This document shows positions 9,135 through 18,177 of a stretch of DNA of 64,000 bases, in pieces (the stretch's first letter is position 1; every line of letters starts with the position of its first letter). The notes below the pieces were generated by a model. It made no database searches and had not been told where the DNA came from. It worked only from the letters and a program-made list of their open reading frames with translations. The stretch comes from Lepagella sp. (GTDB lineage: Bacteria > Bacteroidota > Bacteroidia > Bacteroidales > Muribaculaceae). Both the position numbers and the translations under genes were made by a program. Location: NCBI GenBank assembly GCA_051872035.1, contig JBJEDL010000083.1, forward strand, positions 692 through 64,691, written 5' to 3'.

Positions 9135-10334
9135 TTATTTGATCACATTCAGACGCTTGCCCACGGCGATGAAGGCGGCGATTGCCTTGTCGAGTTGCTC
9201 GCGGGTGTGTGCTGCCGACAGCTGTACGCGGATGCGGGCCTGATCTTTCGGCACTACAGGATAGTAGAAGCCTGTCACATAGATACCCTCTTTCTGCATC
9301 TCGGCGGCAAAGTCTTGCGAGAGCTTCGCATCGTAGAGCATCACAGCGCATATTGCCGACTGCGTCGGCTTGATATCGAATCCGGCTTCGAGCATACGAG
9401 TGCGGAAGTATTCCACATTATCCATCAGACGGGTGTGGATATCGTCGCTCTCGCCCAGCATCTTGAACATCTCGATGCTTGCTCCCACGATCGAGGGGGC
9501 TACCGAGTTGGAGAAGAGATAGGGTCGTGAACGCTGTCTCAGCATGTCGATGATCTCCTTCGGACCGGTGGTGAAACCACCCATCGCACCGCCAAATGAT
9601 TTGCCCAATGTGCCGGTGAAGATGTCGATACGGCCATAGCAGTTATATTGCTCTGCCACGCCATGTCCTGTCTTGCCCACTACGCCGGCGGAGTGGCTCT
9701 CGTCCACCATCACCAAGGCGTCATATTTCTCTGCCAAGTCGCAGATCTTGTCCATCGGAGCTACATTGCCATCCATCGAGAAGACTCCATCGGTGGCGAT
9801 GATGCGATAGCGGCAGGTTTGTGCCTCCTGAAGACAACGCTCCAAGTCTGCCATGTCGGCATTCTTATAACGGAATCTCTTTGCCTTGCAGAGTCTCACG
9901 CCGTCGATGATCGATGCATGGTTCAATGCGTCACTGATGATAGCATCCTCTTCTGTGAAGAGTGGCTCGAAAAGACCGCCGTTTGCATCGAAGCAGGCTG
10001 CATAGAGGATTGTATCTTCGGTCTTGAAGTAGTCGCTGATGGCGCGCTCCAATTCCTTGTGCATATCCTGAGTGCCGCAGATAAATCTTACTGACGACAT
10101 GCCATAGCCGCGGGCATCCATAGCGCGCTTAGCTGCCTCGATAAGTCGACTGTTGTCTGCCAATCCAAGATAGTTGTTGGCACAGAAGTTCAACACTTCG
10201 CCTCGCTTGCCGTTGGCCTCGACTTCGATGTCGCTGCTCTGCGGGGTTACGATGATTCGCTCGTTTTTGTAGAGCCCTGCATCTTTGATGTCTTGCAGTT
10301 CTTTCTCTAGATGTGTCTTAAAATTCTTATACAT
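9135..10334 (-). CDS. kbl: glycine C-acetyltransferase (2-amino-3-ketobutyrate CoA ligase)
   Basis: PLP-dependent alpha-oxoamine synthase family (NNYLGL, DESHSAG, GTLGKSFG). About 400 aa. Divergently paired with tdh. ATG at 10334 (MYKNFKTHL) is preferred. Confidence 0.9.
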   Translation of the reverse strand: MYKNFKTHLEKELQDIKDAGLYKNERIIVTPQSSDIEVEANGKRGEVLNFCANNYLGLADNSRLIEAAKRAMDARGYGMSSVRFICGTQDMHKELERAISDYFKTEDTILYAACFDANGGLFEPLFTEEDAIISDALNHASIIDGVRLCKAKRFRYKNADMADLERCLQEAQTCRYRIIATDGVFSMDGNVAPMDKICDLAEKYDALVMVDESHSAGVVGKTGHGVAEQYNCYGRIDIFTGTLGKSFGGAMGGFTTGPKEIIDMLRQRSRPYLFSNSVAPSIVGASIEMFKMLGESDDIHTRLMDNVEYFRTRMLEAGFDIKPTQSAICAVMLYDAKLSQDFAAEMQKEGIYVTGFYYPVVPKDQARIRVQLSAAHTREQLDKAIAAFIAVGKRLNVIK

Positions 10335-10394
10335 GATATTAGTCTTTTGCGGATAGTTATTTGTCTTGACATACAACTATCCCTTATTTTTTCA

Positions 10395-10402
10395 CAAAAT
10401 TA
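10395..10402 (-). promoter_or_regulatory. -7 promoter box (TAATTTTG) for kbl
   Basis: Matches TAnnTTTG, 60 nt upstream of the kbl ATG. Confidence 0.5.
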
Positions 10403-10445
10403 ATAAAAGTTGGTTGAGTTTTATATATTTCTCAGTATTTTTTTT

Positions 10446-10453
10446 TATTTTTG
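10446..10453 (+). promoter_or_regulatory. -7 promoter box (TATTTTTG) for tdh
   Basis: Matches TAnnTTTG, 82 nt upstream of the tdh ATG. Confidence 0.45.
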
Positions 10454-10535
10454 TGGCGGATTTTTTAAGCAACTATCCCCTTCTCCCATCCGGAGAGGCG
10501 ATTTTTTGAAAATTTCCTTAAATTTATACCTGATA

Positions 10536-11498
10536 ATGAAGAATATACTTGTAATCGGAGGTACCGGTCAGATCGGCTCCGAGTTGATCATGAAACTTCG
10601 TGGCATTTATGGCAACGATCATGTAGTGTGTGGCTATATCAATGGCGCCGAACCTAAGGGTATCCTCCTCGAAAGTGGTCCGGCTGAGGTCGTCGATATC
10701 ACTAACGCTGATCAAATCGCCGCTGCTGTCGATAAGTATCATGTCGATACTATCTACAATCTTGCCGCCCTCCTTTCTGCTGTGGCTGAAGCCCGTCCTC
10801 AGCTCGCTTGGAAGATCGGCGTCGGCGGACTTTACAACACCCTCGAGGTGGCTCGCGAGAAGAAGTGCGCAGTATTTACCCCAAGCTCTATCGGATCGTT
10901 CGGCCCTTCCACTCCCCACGTCAAGACTCCCCAAGACACTATCCAACGCCCCGAAACCATCTATGGCGTTACAAAGGTGAGCGGTGAGCTCCTCAGCGAT
11001 TATTATGCACGCCGTTTCGACGTCGACACTCGATCGGTCCGCTTCCCGGGTCTCATCTCTTACACCACTCCTCCCGGTGGCGGCACCACCGACTATGCCG
11101 TGGATATCTATTATTCCGCTGTCAAGGGTGAGAAATTCCATTGCCCCCTCAAGCCCGGAACTTTCATGGATATGATGTATATGCCCGATGCGCTCCGAGC
11201 TGCCGTAGAAATCATGGAGGCTGACCCCGCGCGTCTCAAACATCGCAATTCTTTCAACATCGCCTCGATGAGCTTCGACCCTGAGATCATATACAACAAG
11301 ATCCGTGAGTATGTACCCGATTTCCAAATGGACTATGAACTCGACCCGCTCCGTCAGAAGATCGCCGATTCGTGGCCCGATTCTCTCGACGATACTTGCG
11401 CTCGCCAAGAGTGGGACTGGAAGCCTGAGTTCGACCTTGATGCCATGACTCAAGACATGCTCCTCAACCTCCGCAAGAAATTCAACATCTCCAAGTAA
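10536..11498 (+). CDS. tdh: L-threonine 3-dehydrogenase, SDR/epimerase type
   Basis: N-terminal Rossmann motif VIGGTGQIGSEL and YGVTK catalytic motif. About 320 aa. Paired with kbl, the classic threonine-degradation pair. ATG at 10536 is preferred over the extended ORF start. Confidence 0.85.
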   Translation: MKNILVIGGTGQIGSELIMKLRGIYGNDHVVCGYINGAEPKGILLESGPAEVVDITNADQIAAAVDKYHVDTIYNLAALLSAVAEARPQLAWKIGVGGLYNTLEVAREKKCAVFTPSSIGSFGPSTPHVKTPQDTIQRPETIYGVTKVSGELLSDYYARRFDVDTRSVRFPGLISYTTPPGGGTTDYAVDIYYSAVKGEKFHCPLKPGTFMDMMYMPDALRAAVEIMEADPARLKHRNSFNIASMSFDPEIIYNKIREYVPDFQMDYELDPLRQKIADSWPDSLDDTCARQEWDWKPEFDLDAMTQDMLLNLRKKFNISK

Positions 11499-11522
11499 TT
11501 TACAGCTTTTCAATATTTCATA

Positions 11523-11557
11523 AAGCCTTCTCTCTCTCAGCGAGAAGGCTTATTTTA
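11523..11557 (+). terminator. Rho-independent terminator after tdh
   Basis: Hairpin AAGCCTTCTC / GAGAAGGCTT (10 bp, 9-nt loop) followed by ATTTTAT. Confidence 0.7.
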
Positions 11558-11596
11558 TGTCGTTTCCGATATGTATATTAGTGCGGATTATGTGTG

Positions 11597-13603
11597 TCAG
11601 TCGGTGAAGTCTATCGAGAGACCTAACCGAAATTGGTGCGGATCGATAGGGTAGTGGGGCAGGGAAAAGTAGCCCTTGGAAAACCATCCCTGATTCACAT
11701 GTGAGTACATCAGAAATGCCCTCACTTTATATAGTTTGAAGTTTAGATAGACGTTAGATAGTATGAAGTTGCCCACATCTTCGCCGCCACCTCCTCGCTG
11801 ACGGAAGGTCATCGTGGCGGGCTGATAGTCCAACCCCCAGTAGCGCGTGTAGTAGTCGCAGTCTACTCCCACCTGCACGGTCAGCGCCTTGAAGGCCTTG
11901 AAGTATAGGTACATATTGCTGTATACCGCCAGTTTGGGCAGGGGTATCACTTCCGAGTTTGACGAGGTCTGATAGGTCACTCGATTGTCCCAGTTCCATA
12001 TTCCGAAACTCAGTTTCTGATCGATCGATGCGGAGAATACTTGCACACTCCCACCATGTTGCTGCGGCAGACTCTCTGTATTGAAGTATACCTGATTCTG
12101 TACATTCTCGACTCCCACCCTCAGTTCGGTCTTCGACCAGGGAATATAGAGCCTGCCCTCTGCCCGGAAACTGCGGATCTTGCCGAAGTCGTTGTTCCAA
12201 ATAAAGTGGTTGCCAACATAGTGTTGCATCATATAGTTGGGCTCGACGTTGCGGAAGAATCCATGTGCCGACACTCTTACCGTGTCTTTCCCCAAGCGGA
12301 AGCGTGTCTCGATGTCGCCGCTGATGTCGATATCGCCCAGCACATCACCCGACAATCCGAATTTGGCATCTGCCGCATAGCGGATGATGCTCCCCTTGGT
12401 CTTCGCCAAGCGCCCTCCGACCCATAGCCGATGGCGTGTCTCCCCAAGTCCCGCTTCATAACCTGCCGGCAGCGGTGTCAACCCCGTCGGAGTTTCTCCC
12501 TCTTCGGTCGGATCTGCCGGTCGGTCTGCCATACCCTCTATGTCATAACTATATTTGTCAATCTCGTAGGTGGCATACACCCCGAGACCGAATTTCGCCC
12601 ATTTCTGAAAACCCTCCACCATCTCTACGCCTACCGTGTTGGCTATCGACCAGTAGCGGTTGTGCTCGCGGGTCTCATTGGCGGTGAAGTAGGTGTTCTC
12701 CCAGAAACTCTGTGCCTCCGAGGCGTTGGCATCCAAGAAAAGTCGATGGTAGTTCTTCCAGTCAAAGGTGTAGATGATTTTCGTCACCGGAACATATTCC
12801 TGCTTCTGAACCGTGTCTCCCTCTTGGGTGATATCCCTCCAAAAACCAAGCTTGTAGACATGGTTCATATAAAATTCCGACCCTACCAGTCGATTGTGGG
12901 TCGCCGAAAGACGTGTCGGTATGCTCTTGGAGTCGATCTTCGTTACTCCTCCCTGCAGCTGCGCCGGGTCGGTGATGTAGAGGTCGTCGGTGATACCTCC
13001 ATTCTCTTTGTTCAGATGGTTGTAGTGATTGTAGAAGGCTTGAACTTCGTAGCGCGAACCGGTGTAGTATCCCGATACGCCAAACCCTATCCCTTTGGCC
13101 GACTGAGCATCATACGAGGCTTTCGTGTAGGGATAGTCCAACCATGCCCCGACTCCGATCTTGCGATTCACATTCCCTGCAAAGGTCGCCTTCAGATGGT
13201 CGGTGCGTGTCTCCGTTCCGGTACCCCATTTGTAGGTCAACTGAGTGTAGGGTATGTAGACGTTATAGAATTTCTGCTTCTCGAAAGTCGGAACCCAATG
13301 GCTTATCGCATTCTCAAAGTAGAAGGGGCGGTTCTGCTCCCGGTTGAAGTAAATCATGTCGATGCCAGGCCCGGTGAATTGCCCCGTCGATGCCCAAGCA
13401 TCTGATTGTAAGGCGGTCACAAATTCACGATGATAGTCGCGGAGCACCGTGTCCATCGTGCTCTCTATCCTGTCGCCAAGCGGATAACTCAGTGTCCAGG
13501 CATTCCCAGGAGGATACACCTTCTTCTCTTTTTTATCCGTTTTACTCGATCCCGGTTGGGCATAGCCGACGGTCGCTGTTATCACAACGACCGTCAGTAT
13601 CAT
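11597..13603 (-). CDS. outer-membrane beta-barrel protein (putative-porin family)
   Basis: Signal peptide (…VVVITATVGYAQ). Aromatic- and Gly-rich alternating strands throughout. C-terminal ...LGLSIDFTD is typical of OM barrels. The start is uncertain: ATG 13603 or TTG 13639. The upstream part of the ORF contains the promoter box. Confidence 0.55.
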   Translation of the reverse strand: MILTVVVITATVGYAQPGSSKTDKKEKKVYPPGNAWTLSYPLGDRIESTMDTVLRDYHREFVTALQSDAWASTGQFTGPGIDMIYFNREQNRPFYFENAISHWVPTFEKQKFYNVYIPYTQLTYKWGTGTETRTDHLKATFAGNVNRKIGVGAWLDYPYTKASYDAQSAKGIGFGVSGYYTGSRYEVQAFYNHYNHLNKENGGITDDLYITDPAQLQGGVTKIDSKSIPTRLSATHNRLVGSEFYMNHVYKLGFWRDITQEGDTVQKQEYVPVTKIIYTFDWKNYHRLFLDANASEAQSFWENTYFTANETREHNRYWSIANTVGVEMVEGFQKWAKFGLGVYATYEIDKYSYDIEGMADRPADPTEEGETPTGLTPLPAGYEAGLGETRHRLWVGGRLAKTKGSIIRYAADAKFGLSGDVLGDIDISGDIETRFRLGKDTVRVSAHGFFRNVEPNYMMQHYVGNHFIWNNDFGKIRSFRAEGRLYIPWSKTELRVGVENVQNQVYFNTESLPQQHGGSVQVFSASIDQKLSFGIWNWDNRVTYQTSSNSEVIPLPKLAVYSNMYLYFKAFKALTVQVGVDCDYYTRYWGLDYQPATMTFRQRGGGGEDVGNFILSNVYLNFKLYKVRAFLMYSHVNQGWFSKGYFSLPHYPIDPHQFRLGLSIDFTD

Positions 13604-13663
13604 CAGTGTTCTTAATATGTTATTTATATGGAGTTTCAAGGATCTGCATTTCTGTTTGGAATG

Positions 13664-13671
13664 CAAATTTA
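13664..13671 (-). promoter_or_regulatory. -7 promoter box (TAAATTTG) for the porin-like gene
   Basis: Matches TAnnTTTG. It lies inside the extended ORF 11597..13705, which argues that the real start is downstream. Confidence 0.45.
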
Positions 13672-13780
13672 CAATTTTTTTGCGATTTTTTACCCCTTGA
13701 ACCATATTTTATCTTCCCTTTGCGCTTCTATGACCATTTTTGTCCTCTGCGCAGTGGGTTTTCTTCTATGTCGAGGCTCT

Positions 13781-15325
13781 TTATCCCTCCACATTTACAG
13801 GAAGTGGCTGATGCGCTTTGCGAAGCAGGTCGTTGACCGTCTTCACCGGATTGAAGGTCTGTGCCGGAACTTCCACGAAGATTGTGTTCCAGTCAGACAT
13901 CGCTCCATTCCAGAGTCCCGGCAATTCGAGTGCCTTGATCTCTACTCCTTCGCGACTCTTCTGCGAGATGAATCCTGTGGCTTTGTCCACATAGCGGCGA
14001 AGATCATATTTCTCTCCTTTGTGGTCGGTCACCGATACTGCCAAGTCCACCGGATTGAAGTGTGTTGCCTCTTGAAGCATCTTCTCTGCCTCGGCATCGT
14101 TGTGATCAATCTGGGTCGATTCCAGGATCTGAGGACTCACTGTGCCGTCGCTGTTGTATACCATGAAGGGGCCTCCTCCCGGTTCGCCTTCGTTGCGCAC
14201 CATGCCGCAGACTCGCAGCGGTCGGTGGAGCTTGCCATAGGCATAGTCGCATTTGCTCTCCAAAGTCGTTCCCTCCACTCCTTTGCTGCGGATGCTCAGT
14301 ACGTCGTTCATGAAGGCCAAGATCTCTTCGATCTTCGCTTCGTCGACTTTCCCGCCTTCCAAGTCGGCACAGTATTGGTCGATGCGCTGTTTCACTGCCA
14401 CCAAGGTGCCGCCGAGCACTTTCTTGTATTGGATCGTCGCTCCGCGATGGGTGTCGGGAACTACGTTGTCGATGTTCTTGATGAAGATAACGTCGGAGTC
14501 TAAGTCATTGAGATTCTCAATCAGGGCACCATGGCCGCCGGGTCGGAAGAAGAGTTCCCCCTTCTCGCGATAGGGTGTGCCGTCAAGATTCGACGCCACT
14601 GTGTCGGTCGAGGATTTCTGTAGACTGTAGCTGATCTCGTAGCATACTCCATATTTATGTCCAAGATGGGCTGATACCTCTTCGACCTTCTCTTTGGCGA
14701 GCTCCAAATGGTCGGCGGAGACGGTGAAGTGTACCTTTACTTTGCGGTCTTGTCCCGCTGCATATTGTGCCCCCTCTGCCAGATGCTCTTCGAGTGCCGT
14801 ACGAGTGTCTCCCATGATCTTGTGGAATTGAAGCAGTGCCTTCGGCAGGTGTCCGTAGCGCATCCCTTCGTCACCAATCAGCGCCGATACCACATCTTTG
14901 TAGCGACCCTCTTCCATAAGACTGCACACACTCTTGCCATGCAGACGCATCACGGTCTGATTGAGTGTCGGAAAGAAGGCAAATTCTTCGATCTTACCGA
15001 AAAATTCATGCATGAAGGGGGTGTCGGGTGTACTGCTCTCTCCATTGACGAAGGAGAAGAGATTCTTGAACATGCGGGATGCCGCTCCACTCGCCGGCAC
15101 CATCTTCATGACACGACCTCCGTTCTGTAGAAATTTCTCCCAGTTGACGATGGCGCCATATTCCATCTCGGGTGTCAGGCGGGTGATGCCGTTGTCTATG
15201 GTGGCTGCTCCCTCCAATTTCAAGTAGGGGAAGCCATCTTTTAGCATTCTCAACTGTTCTGCCAACTGCTCTTCGCTGATCCCTTTGCGGAGAAGCTGTT
15301 CTCTGTCGTTTGCTCCTATTTCCAT
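13781..15325 (-). CDS. DUF4301-family protein (nucleotidyltransferase-like)
   Basis: The 514-aa length and the N-terminus (…QLLRKGISEEQLAEQLRMLKDGFPYLKL…) match my recollection of Bacteroidetes DUF4301. A VPASGAASRMF motif resembles UDP-sugar pyrophosphorylase-like folds. The family name is from memory and needs an HMM check. Confidence 0.6.
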   Translation of the reverse strand: MEIGANDREQLLRKGISEEQLAEQLRMLKDGFPYLKLEGAATIDNGITRLTPEMEYGAIVNWEKFLQNGGRVMKMVPASGAASRMFKNLFSFVNGESSTPDTPFMHEFFGKIEEFAFFPTLNQTVMRLHGKSVCSLMEEGRYKDVVSALIGDEGMRYGHLPKALLQFHKIMGDTRTALEEHLAEGAQYAAGQDRKVKVHFTVSADHLELAKEKVEEVSAHLGHKYGVCYEISYSLQKSSTDTVASNLDGTPYREKGELFFRPGGHGALIENLNDLDSDVIFIKNIDNVVPDTHRGATIQYKKVLGGTLVAVKQRIDQYCADLEGGKVDEAKIEEILAFMNDVLSIRSKGVEGTTLESKCDYAYGKLHRPLRVCGMVRNEGEPGGGPFMVYNSDGTVSPQILESTQIDHNDAEAEKMLQEATHFNPVDLAVSVTDHKGEKYDLRRYVDKATGFISQKSREGVEIKALELPGLWNGAMSDWNTIFVEVPAQTFNPVKTVNDLLRKAHQPLPVNVEG

Positions 15326-15400
15326 AGCGATAGATTTAATTTTTTTGAGTTTTTGGTTTTGTTATTTTTTTATGACCTAAAGAAAGGTGTTTTGTCTTTG

Positions 15401-16774
15401 TTATTCGGTTTGACCTAATTCGTTAGGATTTGTTTTCCTTTTATACACATATACCGTAGAAGATTCCCGAGTTGCCGGATAGTGTCTTCCACGTTTTAAG
15501 TTTTCCACCCAAATGATAGCTCCGGTAGCCTTAGCTTCCGCCACTATCACATCCTCTTTCTCCCTTTGACTCAGCTTGTTGTCTTTCATGATGCGACTCA
15601 CAAGCCTACTCCCTTTCATCCCCATCGGCTCGATGCGATCCCCTTCGCGATGTCTCCGAAAGGTGATCTCTGACGGACTCAACGGTGTCCAAAGTCGGTC
15701 TAACGGGGAGGTGATGATCTCTCTCAGGAGTGCTTCGCTCATCTCATATTCCCTGCTTTCCATCTCGATCGATTCTTCTTCCCGATCGGGCAGATATTCC
15801 AATGTGTCGCGTTCCAAGAGAAGTCTCCCACCGGCAACCCGCCATTGCTTCCCCGACTGATAGGGTAGGGCTGTCACACTCTTGGCGATCTCTTTGCTCT
15901 GTGTCACATTCCCCCCATATCGAGCGATAAATCGCCGTATTACCCATTCAAGATCTTCACATTCTCGAGCCTTCGCAAGACTCAGCTGAGTGTCGTCGGC
16001 GTCGAAGTATCTCTCTTCTATCCCCTCCAATATCCTCTCCTCTTGCTGAAGATTGCGGATCGTCGTGGTGATGCTCTTCTGAGCCTCGGGCCATACCTCT
16101 TCGATTAGCGGCAACACCCTGTTGCGCAAGAAGTTGCGCCGATATTCGCTCTCCAAGTTGGTGGAGTCGGTAACATATAGCACCTCCTCTTCTCTCTCAT
16201 CCCTATCCTCACACTCATCCTCTCTCCTCCTCTCTTCGAGATATTGCAGGATCTCTTCACGGCTTATGCCGAGCAGAGGACGGATGATCTCCCCGGTATC
16301 CTCTTTCATGGCGCCTAATCCGCGGATGCCTGCCCCTCGCATGAGATTGAGCAGCAGGGTCTCGACATTGTCGTTGCGGTTGTGAGCCACTGCGATACGG
16401 TCGGCACCGATCTCTTCTTTGATCTCGCGAAATTTCTCATATCGAAGTTCGCGACATGCCATCTCGGTGGATAGTCCCCCCTCTGCCATGGCAGCTGACA
16501 CATCGAAGTGTACTATCCTAAGATCCACTCCCATTCGTCGGCATAGACGCTCCACAAAACGCATATCCCGATCACTCTCCTCTCCCCGCAAATGAAAGTT
16601 ACAATGGACAGCCAAAACTTTTATATCGGTGCTGATGCGATGCAAGGCTGTCAAGAGGGCGACGCTATCAGCTCCACCGCTGACACCGACCACAACTCGC
16701 CTCACGCCCGAATGCTCAAGCCGACGAGCCACAACACTCTCGATCCTATCGCCGATACTATGCTTGATATCCAA
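15401..16774 (-). CDS. tilS: tRNA(Ile)-lysidine synthetase
   Basis: PP-loop motif GVSGGADS and HNRNDNVET. About 450 aa. The start codon is TTG. Confidence 0.88.
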   Translation of the reverse strand: MDIKHSIGDRIESVVARRLEHSGVRRVVVGVSGGADSVALLTALHRISTDIKVLAVHCNFHLRGEESDRDMRFVERLCRRMGVDLRIVHFDVSAAMAEGGLSTEMACRELRYEKFREIKEEIGADRIAVAHNRNDNVETLLLNLMRGAGIRGLGAMKEDTGEIIRPLLGISREEILQYLEERRREDECEDRDEREEEVLYVTDSTNLESEYRRNFLRNRVLPLIEEVWPEAQKSITTTIRNLQQEERILEGIEERYFDADDTQLSLAKARECEDLEWVIRRFIARYGGNVTQSKEIAKSVTALPYQSGKQWRVAGGRLLLERDTLEYLPDREEESIEMESREYEMSEALLREIITSPLDRLWTPLSPSEITFRRHREGDRIEPMGMKGSRLVSRIMKDNKLSQREKEDVIVAEAKATGAIIWVENLKRGRHYPATRESSTVYVYKRKTNPNELGQTE

Positions 16775-16792
16775 TGTCTCTTTAATTTATTG

Positions 16793-16800
16793 CAAATATA
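16793..16800 (-). promoter_or_regulatory. -7 promoter box (TATATTTG) for the tilS-DUF4301 operon
   Basis: Matches TAnnTTTG, 18 nt upstream of the tilS TTG start. Confidence 0.45.
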
Positions 16801-16864
16801 ACTTTTTTTACGCTCTTTTCAATTTTTTATCCCAATTTTGTTACTTTTTTTCGTTTTTGTTTGT

Positions 16865-16872
16865 TATATTTG
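16865..16872 (+). promoter_or_regulatory. -7 promoter box (TATATTTG) for rubrerythrin
   Basis: Matches TAnnTTTG, 85 nt upstream of the ATG at 16958. Confidence 0.45.
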
Positions 16873-16957
16873 CGTATGGTTTTCTCAAATACCACTTTTG
16901 AGAGCTCCATTACACTTGTGATTTCTATTAATTTATTTATCTAATACTTTCTAAAAA

Positions 16958-17512
16958 ATGGCAAAAAAATGGATTTGCACCGTCTGCGGTTATATCGCTG
17001 AAGGTGACGCAGCTCCCGAAAAGTGCCCCCTTTGCAAGGCACCCGCTTCTAAGTTTAATGAACTCGTAGAGGATGACTCTCTTAAGTTTGTTACCGAACA
17101 CGAGATCGGTGTTGCTAAAGGCACCGGTGAGGAAATGATCAAGGACCTCAATACTCACTTCAACGGCGAGTGCTGCGAAGTCGGTATGTATCTCGCTATG
17201 TCTCGTCAAGCTGACCGCGAGGGCTACCCTGAGATCGCTGAAGCTTTCAAGCGCTATGCTTTCGAAGAGGCTGAACATGCCGCTAAGTTCGCTGAACTCC
17301 TCGGTGATGTCGTTTGGGACACTAAGACCAACCTCGAAAAGCGTATGTATGCTGAGGCCGGTGCCAACGAAGATAAGATGCGCATCGCTCGCAACGCTAA
17401 GGAGCAGGGTCTTGACGCTATCCATGACACTGTGCATGAAATGGCTAAGGATGAGGCTCGCCACGGACGTGGCTTCGCCGGCCTCTACGCTCGCTACTTC
17501 GGCAAAAAGTAA
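16958..17512 (+). CDS. rbr: rubrerythrin-family protein with N-terminal rubredoxin domain (reverse rubrerythrin)
   Basis: N-terminal CxxC...CxxC (CTVCGY...CPLCKA) followed by a ferritin-like di-iron domain with EEAEHA and DEARH motifs. Confidence 0.88.
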   Translation: MAKKWICTVCGYIAEGDAAPEKCPLCKAPASKFNELVEDDSLKFVTEHEIGVAKGTGEEMIKDLNTHFNGECCEVGMYLAMSRQADREGYPEIAEAFKRYAFEEAEHAAKFAELLGDVVWDTKTNLEKRMYAEAGANEDKMRIARNAKEQGLDAIHDTVHEMAKDEARHGRGFAGLYARYFGKK

Positions 17513-17535
17513 GTTTCCCGTCAAATCAAAAAAAG

Positions 17536-17575
17536 GGGTGTGTCAATTCTCCTAAATTGACACACCCTATTCTTT
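17536..17575 (+). terminator. Rho-independent terminator after rubrerythrin
   Basis: Perfect 13-bp hairpin GGGTGTGTCAATT / AATTGACACACCC (6-nt loop) followed by TATTCTTT. Confidence 0.8.
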
Positions 17576-17611
17576 AAGCGTTAACCCTCTTTCTGCCTCT
17601 TCTCTCTGACT

Positions 17612-17694
17612 CTAAGAGTTTGTCTTAGGGTGATTCTGCGTAGCCATTTCCTAATTCCTATCTCCTAATTCCTAATTCCTAATTCCTAATTAAT
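17612..17694 (+). repeat. Intergenic repeat element, copy 2: conserved head + 6 (AATTCCT-like) units + AATTAAT tail
   Basis: Head CTAAGAGTTTGTCTTAGGGTGATTCTGCGTAGCC (2-nt indel and 3 mismatches versus 2550-2581). Units are ATTTCCT AATTCCT ATCTCCT AATTCCT AATTCCT AATTCCT. The element ends 1 nt before the ruvX ATG. Confidence 0.85.
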
Positions 17695-17695
17695 C

Positions 17696-18106
17696 ATGCG
17701 TGTCCTCGCTATCGATTATGGCCGCAAACGTTGCGGCGTCGCTGTCACCGATCCTCTCCAGATCGCCGCGAACCCCCTCCCGGTGGTCCGCACTTGCGAC
17801 CTCCTGAAGTTCCTCCAAGAGTATTGCGCCAAGGAGCAAGTAGAACGTATCCTCATCGGTGAACCACGCCAAATGAATGGCAACCCCTCCGAGTCTATGC
17901 GCTATATCAAGCCTTTCGTCGGACAACTCAAAAAACTCATCCCCGACATCCCACTCGAGTTCGTCGATGAGAGATTCACTTCCGTCATCGCCCACCGTGA
18001 CATGATCACAGCCGGATTCAAAAAGTCCGACCGACAACGTAAAGGCCTCGCCGACGAAATGTCTGCCACTATTATCCTCACCACATGGCTCGAAGCTAAA
18101 AAATAA
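17696..18106 (+). CDS. ruvX: Holliday junction resolvase RuvX (YqgF)
   Basis: N-terminus MRVLAIDYGRKRCGVAVTD. 136 aa, YqgF/RNase H-like fold signature. Confidence 0.9.
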   Translation: MRVLAIDYGRKRCGVAVTDPLQIAANPLPVVRTCDLLKFLQEYCAKEQVERILIGEPRQMNGNPSESMRYIKPFVGQLKKLIPDIPLEFVDERFTSVIAHRDMITAGFKKSDRQRKGLADEMSATIILTTWLEAKK

Positions 18107-18143
18107 AGTCTTTAAAGTCAAATGCGACTTTAAAGACTTTTTT
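18107..18143 (+). terminator. terminator after ruvX (probably bidirectional)
   Basis: Perfect 13-bp hairpin AGTCTTTAAAGTC / GACTTTAAAGACT followed by TTTTT. A convergent transporter gene ends at 18178. Confidence 0.75.
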
Positions 18144-18177
18144 ATTACCCCTTTAGAGAGCTGTATAACTCTCTCTC

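Noticed and set aside
10524-11513. 329-aa minus-strand ORF antisense to tdh
   Set aside because: Shadow ORF. The tdh sense frame has clear SDR motifs.
12431-14503. 324-aa and 291-aa plus-strand ORFs (12431..13405, 13628..14503) antisense to the porin-like and DUF4301 genes
   Set aside because: Shadow ORFs. The second one spans an intergenic promoter region and has no plausible start context.
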